From Diplonema japonicum (lineage: Eukaryota > Protista > Euglenozoa: Diplonemea), in contig OZ025660.1 in assembly GCA_964019335.1 (NCBI GenBank), positions 743,504 through 807,503 on the forward strand: DNA of 64,000 bases, read 5' to 3'. The position numbers and the translations under genes were made by a program. Of this stretch, positions 55,822 through 64,000 are shown in pieces (the stretch's first letter is position 1; every line of letters begins with the position of its first letter). A model generated the notes under the pieces. That model had not been told where the DNA came from. It searched no databases and was given only the letters and a program-made list of their open reading frames with translations.

Positions 55822-58800
55822 TTAGTCCGAGTCGGAACTCGAGTCGAAGAGGCCACCTCTCTTTGGAGGAGGCGCCGCTGCCTTCCTAGGTGCGGGCGCT
55901 ACGTCATCATCAGAGGAGTCGGTGTCAGAACAGAAGAATGTTTTCTGTGGTGGCCGCTGAATACAATTAGGAAAGGATACCTTCTTAGCAGTTGTTGGTG
56001 ATGTTTCCTTAGCGGGCGCAGGGGGCTGGGGGAGAGGTTCTTCAGTAGACTGCGCAGGCACTGCTTGCGGGAGCGACTCGCCAGGCATCGGCAGGTCTTC
56101 CTCCTGTGATTGAGTGGGTATTTTCATGCAACAGACCTTTTCGGCAGGAGGTGCAGGTGTTGGGGTGTCATCTGAAGAATCAGAGTCGAGTAAAGTGGCC
56201 TTCGGCTGTTCCTCAACCACAGCAGGTGCAGGAGACTCTTCTGACTCAGTCGGCTGGGCTTCGGGTTTGGGCTCGGCCTCATCTTCTGTCCCTGTCTCTG
56301 GCTCTGCTTCGGGTTTAGGCACCTCTGCCTCAGTTTCGAGTTTAAGTTCAGGCTCCTCTTCGGTTACCTCAGCTTTCACACTCACTTCAGCCTCTACTTC
56401 TGCCTCAACCTCAGCCTCAGCCTCCTCTTCAGCCTCAGCCTCAGCCTCTACTTGGGCCTCAACCTCAGCCTCCTCTTTTGCCTCAATCTCAGTCTCCTCT
56501 TCAGCCTCAGCCTCAGCCTCTACTTTGGCCTCAACCTCAGCCTCGGCCTCAGCTGCTACTTGGGCCTTGACCTCAGCCTCAGCCTTAGCCTCCTCTTCTG
56601 CCTCAACCTCAGCCTCGGCCTCTACCTGGGCCTCAACCTCAGCCTCGGCCTCCGGCTCAGGTTTGACTTCTTGCACCGGCTCAGGTTCGGTTTGGGATTC
56701 GGGTTCAGCTGCCTCATGTTTAACTTCCTCTTCGGGTTCAGCTGCCTCAGGTTTGACTTCCTCTTCGGGTTCAGGTTCCGTCTCAAAGTCAGTGGTTTTG
56801 AACTCAGATTTTACATCCTCATCAGCGACCATTGTTTCAGTCTGCGGCTCTTCTTCCTTCTTGGGGTGGTCCACCTTCACAAGATCATCGCTTTCACTGT
56901 CCTTCTTTGTGTCCTCATCAGCCTTCCCTTTGCCCACAACAGACCAGTCGTCATCTTCCTCCCTTGGCGATGTGACACTTGGTACTTTGTTTGCAGTGTA
57001 TCTAGCAGCGTCTTCTTCAAATGACAGGTCGGGCGTTTTGCCAAGGAAGATATCCTGACTGATTGTCTTCAACGCCGAAGTGGGCACAACCTCCTCTGTA
57101 AGAGACTCAATGGTCGACGTCCACCTGACCTGTGCTTCTCTCAGCTTCCTGTCCGAGTCGCCCAACTTCTCAGTGAGGATCTCAGTCTGGATCATTTCCT
57201 TCTGAAGCCTTGTAGAAATCTCTGTAACCTTCTCACTCATGGCGCTCTTTTCCGCCTCGAAGCTAACGGTGTTGGTACTATTCTTTTCTTTCTCTAACTC
57301 GACTTCTGCTTGATGAAGGGTCACCTTGTCAGTGGCGTCCGTAAGCGAGTCTGTCAGCTCCAAGATGGTCTTCTTCAGTCCCTCAATCTCGATCTGCAAC
57401 CCCTCCGCATCCACCTTCAAACGAGACATGTCCTGGTTCATATCTCCCTCTTTCTCCATGAACTGCGCCCTGAGCTTTACCATTTCCTCCTCGTACGTGA
57501 TTCTTGCCTCAGCCATGCCATCGTCTTTGCCCTGGTCATGACCCCTGCTGTACGAGTCCTCTGCTGTTCTCTCTTTTTCTTGTACAAATCTCTTCTCCCT
57601 GGACTGCAGGTCCACAAGCATTTCATCCCTCATGGAGCCCATCTCCTTCTCCGCATGGTTTCTCTCTTCCTCAATCATGTTGTTGAAGTGCACTCTATCT
57701 GTCTCGATCTTTCGCAGCTTCTCCGCAAGTGCTTGCTCCTTCCTTGCGAGTGTGTCTCTGGTTTCACTCAACTCCCCACTGAGTTGCAAGACCTGTGGTT
57801 TAGTTTAGCTTGGTCACAACATTACCTTCTCGTCTGCAAGCTTCCTGGCTTCTTTCTCTGTTCTCAGGCTGTCTTCGGTATGCGTAAACTGTGAGTTGCT
57901 ACAACGACTATACGACAAACACACCTTCATCCTTGTGTTTTCAGACTGCACCTTCACAATCTCAGACTCGCCCTTGAGCTTGCGGATCTCGTCCTCAGAT
58001 AGGTCGAGCAATTTTTTGACTACGTGTTCGATAAATAAGGTCTAATAACATACCTGTCGCAAGATGCCTCTGCGAGTCATCTCTCTCAGAGTTTGCTCGC
58101 TGCAATTCTTCTTGCAGCTTGAGGACTCGCCTGTCCATCTCGAGACGCGTGTCTGATGCAGATGTGGCAGCACACTTCTTCTCTTCCATAAGCGAGTGAG
58201 CAGATTGCGCAAATTTGTCCACCTTTTTCTCAAGATCAAGGCACCTCTGCTCCAGAGTCTTGATCATGTCGTCCTTTGCCCGTACCTCATCCTTCAAGGA
58301 CTTGTTCTCGTCCAGCATGGATGTCACGGAGTGCTGCAGTTGCGCTGCTGTTAAGGTGGTTGGTTTCTGTTGCTTCTGCGCCATTTTGAAGTCAGCCGTG
58401 AGAAGGTCCACTTTCTGGTTGACCTCGCTGATGTTAGTGATCAGTGTTGTCACATTTTGTGAGGTGTCGTTCACCGTCTTCAGCTGCTCGATGGTTAACC
58501 CTGGTGGTGCGGTCGCTGCGGGTGTTACTGTGGCAGGTGCTGCCACAGGGGTTGCCTGTTGGACCTGTGCAATTTGCTGCACTTGAGCGGCTGGCTGTGC
58601 GACTGCAACGGGCTGTGCAACGGGCAGCTGAACAGGCTGCTGCTGCCCAGGCTGTGGTTTACTGTTGTTGCGCATGTTGACATACCATAGTCAGCATTGC
58701 CACGGGCTGCTGATGCTGCTGCTGGAATTCCTGGAAATTTGCTGCAGGCTGCAAAGAAGTACGTAAATTAAAAAGGTCATACCTGAGCGATGGGTGCAAG

Positions 58801-59667
58801 CTGTTGTTGTTGTTGTTGCTGTTGTTGTTGTTGCTGTTGTTGTTGTTGCTGTTGTTGCTGCTGCTGCGTATCATCTTTCTTCACTTTACGGACATCAATA
58901 AGTGCAATTACGGTCCCCTGTCCGCCAGCGGTAGTGCCCCTTCTGCAAGCAGCGGGGATTACCACGTACCTCCGGCCTCCTTGGCACATGCCGCAGACAG
59001 CCCCTTCAAAACCTTTGGAGTCGGCAGTCAGGTTGGTGTTCGAAGAGGGGATCTGTAAAGATGTAGCTCGTGCTGAATGCAACATACTTGGAAACGGTAG
59101 GTGTGTTTCGACTGCATGTTTGAGTCAAATTGGTAACTGAGAGCAGGCCTCCCCTTCTCAGAGCCAACGTAGTATGCTGTGGGCGTATAATACATGAAGG
59201 GTTCATACCGTTGAACTTCACGCCGACCGAGTCGTTGACGTCAACAGTGTCACCGGACACTTCTGACATGTCAACGGATGTGATGGTGTGGGTGGGCATC
59301 CCCGCACTGCCATAAATAGCGAGTACTACATGCATCGCAAACTGCAATGCGTTGTCCTCCTCGCTGAAGTACAGTGACCACTGCTGCCCGCTATCGTCTC
59401 TGAAGCTTGCATAATTTTCTGTCTGCTTCAACTGGAACTTCAGACTTGACTCATTGTTACTGCCTACTGTTGCTGTGCACATATAAGACTGCTGATTCTC
59501 GTAGCAAACCTATTAGTGTTGAGTGACTGGTATCAGCATACCAACTTGTAGACGCCTTGCGCATCGCCCGTAATGGCAGCACCGACCTGCCCCCTGCCGT
59601 CGTAACTCTGGGTTGCATTGTTGTATTGAAACAACGAAACGGCGGCGGCATGAAGCACTTCTGCCAT
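55822..59667 (-). CDS. FKBP15: FKBP15/WAFL-like protein (WH1-like + degenerate FKBP + coiled coil + acidic tail), ~10 exons
   Basis: Spliced N-terminus ...GQVGAAITG..YKL-VCYE..NYASFRDDSGQQWSLYF and KGFEGAVCGMCQGGRRYVVIP match the FKBP15 layout. Nine 32-36 nt introns restore one reading frame. Confidence 0.8.
56380..56775 (-). repeat. Coding Glu/Ala/Val-rich degenerate tandem repeat (GAGGCT-based)
   Basis: Repeated CTCAGC units on the plus strand, encoding EAEAEVEA. Confidence 0.85.
58801..58866 (-). repeat. (CAA/CAG)n polyglutamine tract
   Basis: About 22 Gln codons within the FKBP15-like gene. Confidence 0.9.
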
Positions 59668-59823
59668 TTTGCAAAGTGACCTGATACAACTGGTGATGCA
59701 AGAAGAAGAAGAAAAAACTAAACATTTAAGGTTCGCGTTTTCGCGCTCACCAGCTAGTCCAAAAAAAGATGAGTATAAACTATTAACAACTAGCGGGCGT
59801 TCTCCTTGCGGACTATGTGTAGA

Positions 59824-62534
59824 CTACAAAGCAACTTCAAGCGCTGAACCGAAGTCAGCACGCTTCAGGTTTTCGAGCAGCTTGGCAGCGCACGCGTTAA
59901 CACTCGCCGGGTTACCTACCTCTGTGAGGGGGACACCGAGGTCGAGGTGTATGAGGCTGTCACTACCTTCTTCTGAGTTAACAATGTCCAGTGCATGGTT
60001 GAGGCACTCCGCAGCCTTGCCTTCTCCGCCCCAGGCAATGAGGGTCCTGACGACGCCATTCCTGGCTAAGCTCGGTAAAATGTGCTTCATGATGGCATCG
60101 GTTCCGAGGTTGTTGTCGCCAACGTCCAAAGTGCGAAGGTGCCGGACCGCGAGGCCTACCTGTGGAGCTACAGCGGGTCCGACAAGGTTTTTATTAATGT
60201 TCAAGGACGTCAGTTTCGAGTCGCTTACACTCCCCAACAAGGTGCTCATTCCCTCTGTACCTATTGCATTGTCACTGACATCAAGCATTTTAAGGATGCT
60301 ACTTCTCTCTAGCAGTGCAGCAAGTTCTACAGCCGCTTCACCACATGAACCATTGGAGCCGGCCTTTAGAATAACTAGCTTATCTGCCTGCTTACATATC
60401 TCTGACAGACCTACTCCTCTGAGGTGGTTCTGTGTAAGATCCAAAGTATGGATCTCACTCCTGCAGAGTGCTTTCGATAGCACTGTAGCACCACTAGATT
60501 GCAGGAAGTTCCATTGTGAGACGAGCGTGGTGACGGGCATTTGTGTGATAAGGGTCGCCAGAGCCTCAACACCTTCTTCGTGGTATTCATTCGTGGATGT
60601 ACCACATAAGTGGTTCAGGCTGATGTCTAAGTAAGTTATGCTGCTGTTTGTAAGAGAGTCTAAAACCTGTTTGCAGAACGTGGTGCCCATGTTGTTGTAA
60701 GCGACATCTAGTTTTTCGAGATGGTTGGCATCACTCTTCAGATACGAAGAAAAGGCAGCAAGTGCCTTGGTGGAGGCCTTCGCGTTTCTTTTCCCCTTCA
60801 AACCTGCTATGTGGTGGCGTGTTTCTAACACATACCAGCAAAGTCATTCCGTCGCAGTTCGAGAGTTTTAATATTATTCGCCTGCGTCAAATGGGTTGCC
60901 AGCCATTCAAGGCCCTTTGGCCCGATAGCTGCCTCGTTCAGATTCAGGGATGTCAGACTTTTGTTTCGCTTTACAGCTGCACCTAGGATATAAGCACCAC
61001 CGGGGCCTAGGTCGTTGCCTGAGATGTCGAGCACAGTTAATCTGTAGAAAGACTTTAGAGGGTGTAACATCTTGTACAAAGGTGTGTCGTCCCCAAATGT
61101 ATCTGTCGTAGTGTTTTAAACTCTTAACTTAAATACCTGTGAGATCTTCTTCTGGCAGTTCAATGGCTTTCATGTTGTTTTTAGACAGATTTAGTTTTCG
61201 CAAGAATTTGTTCTTTTTTAACAAGTCTGCTACAGCCTTTGTTGTGTCCCTAAATTTTAATTTAACTTTCACACCTCAAGTCCTGCGAGAGGCTCACCAA
61301 AAGCGGGATCATCACCTTCCACCTCGTCGTCATTCTCCTCCTCTTCCTGTGTGTGTATGTGAATGGCACATTTCGTACCTCGTCACAGATTCCGTTTCCA
61401 CTAATGTCTAGTTCATTGATGTGGATATTTTGCGCTAGTCCTTTAATTAGAACACCGGTGCCCTTTGGGCCCATCTCATTCCCGCTTAGATTCAGCCGCA
61501 TCAATGTAGGATGGTCCTCTAGTGCGCTCTTGGCCATGCGCAGTTGTTTAAATGACTTTTTCCCATAACCGTCGGTGCCCAAAGAGTTGCACGACAAATC
61601 CAACTGCGTCACAGATGCATTCGTCTTGAGTGCCCCAAGAAGCTGTGTTGAGATGTTTTTTTTTTTTTTTTTTCTTTATAAATCTGTACCATATTCATCC
61701 TGTTCAAGTTCTCTCGTGCAAGATGTTTCAAAGCTGCTGATACTGTTGTGTAATCTTGCGGTGCGATGGCTGCTTTGAGCTTTTCGAGCTTTTCGTCTTC
61801 GTCGTCTTCCTTAATGGTCCCCCAAACTTCCGACAGTCGCTGCACCTCTCGCTCTACCTCTTCTTTTGGAATTGCGGGCTCTCCTTTCACATCTAGTGCA
61901 CCGCGAAGGTCCAGCAACCTAAGTTCAGCACTGGCCTCTATGAGCTGGCAGAGTGTGCGTAAGTCGTTGTATGATATGGCGCCATCCCTGAGGGACAGGC
62001 CTTCAAGTACGGTGCTGTTTTCGACCACGCCTTGCACCCGAGCTGGCGGAGAACCGAGAAGGTCAAAAGTAGCCATTTCTCGTAACAGATGTGGTGGGCG
62101 AAGTTGTAGTTGCGGTCGGATACCATGGTTATGTGTAGAGTTATACACAGCTTCTTCTATTTTCTGCTCGCAGGTTTTAGTTGTGAACTGAGTGAGCTCT
62201 GTAACCTTGGACGCTTGGCGTGCCTTCTGGCAACTAACTGAAAACACATCCGTCACCTGTGTGGTGCTAGAAGATCACGGGTTTGCACACATACTGTTTT
62301 CGCAAGTGTTGTACCCATCAGAGCCACGCACCCTAAACCTGACCCCTCTTCTGCAGTTATTATTTCACCATCAAGCGTTTTCAAGATCAGTTTTCCATCT
62401 TCCTGCGTAAACCTCCCATTCATCCGAGCCCCGCCATGCAGCTCCAACACGAACGTCCCATTGCTGTCGAGGTCCAGGCGCCTTGGGCATCCTTTCTCTC
62501 CGTCAACCTCGCCATACACGCGCACATGTTGCAT
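59824..62534 (-). CDS. RNI-like leucine-rich repeat protein, ~7 exons
   Basis: Many LxxLDLSxNxLG repeats. Six short GT-AG introns join the ORF-track pieces. Confidence 0.82.
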
Positions 62535-62623
62535 TGTCCTTTATATGGTTGTTGGTCTTGTTGGTCATGTGTTATAAATTGAGAGCCAAATGTTATGATG
62601 GTAATGTAGGATACCCGAAATAT

Positions 62624-63362
62624 CTATTTCTTCTCCTGTGCAAGGCGCACACGGGCGACCTTTGCCTTAGTCCTGAGAGTTGCTGCCTGCGTCCTCATCC
62701 GAACAACAGCGTGGAACTGCTGGCGGGCAGTCTTGGAGACTTCTCTGCGCTGCTTAATAATGGCAACCCTGCGGCGTCTGCGCTGACGGGTGACAGGGGT
62801 CACTAAGCGCTGAATCTTCGGTGCCTTGGAATGTCCCTTTACCTCACGGCGAATCACGTACTTCCTAACATCGTCGTCGTTGCTAAGGTCAAACAGACGC
62901 TTGATGTTGGCTGCCCTCTTGGGCCCCAGCCTCCTGGGGTTCTGAATGTCAGTCAGGCCTTCAAGAGTTTCTGTGCCCTTCCTAATGACAATACAGTTCA
63001 GAACAGAGACATCGGACGCAACGATGCAGCCTCGTACCGACTTCCTGTTCCTCTCACCATTCCTGCCCCTCCATGCCTGGTAACCAACTGCTCCGCGGGT
63101 CAGCAGCAACTTAACACGGCTGTTCGTGAGGACACCCTGCTTCATGGGGAAACCCTGCTTGTCAGCCCCACCGGTGATCCTAAAGATGTACCCGTCATAT
63201 TTCTCACCGAGAAGAGCGCCATCGAAGTCCTAATGTGTGTCCTTCAACAGACCCTCATACCTGGCTGATGCGTTTGTCCGTCAGTTTCTGCACCACCTTG
63301 TCGTCATCGATATCGAACGTTTTCTGAGTCCCCGACTCGGGGTATGCAATGTTGATCTTCAT
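62624..63362 (-). CDS. RPS6: 40S ribosomal protein S6 (eS6)
   Basis: MKINIAYPESGTQK..ITGGADKQGFPMKQGV..RKSVRGCIV..RRLGPKRA..KAPKIQRLVTP. 31-nt intron at 63230-63260. Confidence 0.96.
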
Positions 63363-63599
63363 AATGAACCTGTAGTGAATCGTGAAATGGTATGCAATGT
63401 CTTTGTCTCTCTCGAATAACAAGGGGAAAATTGAAAAAGGGAAAAGAAGAAGAAGTGATAAGAAATCTTTTTTCTTGAACCCAAAAGGGGTGCCTACTAG
63501 GTGTTTTTGTAAAGGGAGCCCTGCTCAAGCATCGTCTACTTGATTACAGGGGGCGCGCCCCGGCCTAGCTGTAGCTTCTTCTGCTTTCCGCGTCGTGTC

Positions 63600-64000
63600 C
63601 TTAATGCATGTGGTGTCCTAGTAACCAAGATTCTGAGCCCATGCAGTTTGCTGCCTGTTCGTCACCTGAGCATCTGCAATTTGTTCTTCCACTCAGGCGC
63701 TACTGGTGATGACCGACCTTGGGCGTTTCTTTAGGAAAGTGGAGTAGCCAACTATATCAGCACCCAGGTACTGTACATAGAACTTATGAAAAGTGCCTTG
63801 GATGTAATGCAGCCCAATGCATTGATCACTCCCAGGAGAAACACGAATTGTTCTGCGACTAAGCACCAAGGACGACAGTGCTGTTGATACCCACCTGAAG
63901 CACACGTTCTGGAGACCCAACACCCGAAAAGCAAATTCCAGCAGTTCCAGCAGGGCATACATCTCCAGTCGAGCAATGGCTGCTCCTGCCAAGGCTCACG
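63600..64000 (-). CDS. 3' end of an unidentified gene entering from the right window edge
   Basis: Coding-like composition and an open frame at 63693-63992 with possible short introns. The frame and stop could not be fixed. Confidence 0.35.

Noticed and set aside
9708-62534. Apparent frameshifts or split genes in MOSC, PP6, PTB-like, CAP-D2, WD40, FKBP15 and LRR
   Set aside because: Each break is explained by a short GT-AG intron that restores the frame, so pseudogenisation, programmed frameshifting or stop-codon reassignment is not needed.
260-63734. Numerous plus-strand ORFs (e.g. 13144-13881, 51629-52492, 56114-57058, 59669-60634)
   Set aside because: They are antisense shadows of codon-biased or low-complexity minus-strand genes and have no recognisable domains.

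Overview
This is gene-dense eukaryotic nuclear DNA, most consistent with a euglenozoan that has cis-spliceosomal introns (diplonemid-like; taxon inferred, not proven). All ~33 credible protein genes lie head-to-tail on the minus strand, some with only 51-90 nt between ORFs, which suggests a polycistronic, trans-spliced cluster. About half the genes carry very short (31-54 nt) GT-AG introns whose 3' ends are mostly AC-rich rather than polypyrimidine. Recognisable genes include PRORP, two tandem RPL11 copies, RPS6, three dispersed identical copies of a KSRP/NRBD (p34/p37)-like double-RRM gene, PP6, a MAP2K, condensin CAP-D2, FKBP15 and a PTB-like RRM protein. Others are an ABC1 kinase, a Kv channel with an FHA-like domain, MOSC, START, HMG, SUZ, RING-TRAF, LRR and WD40 proteins, and a questin-oxidase/SnoaL fusion. 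A 1.6 kb degenerate pogo-like transposon (22-bp TIRs, TA duplication) lies at 2648-4259. I found no supportable rRNA, tRNA or CRISPR. Exon-intron models were made by hand and need RNA-seq confirmation.
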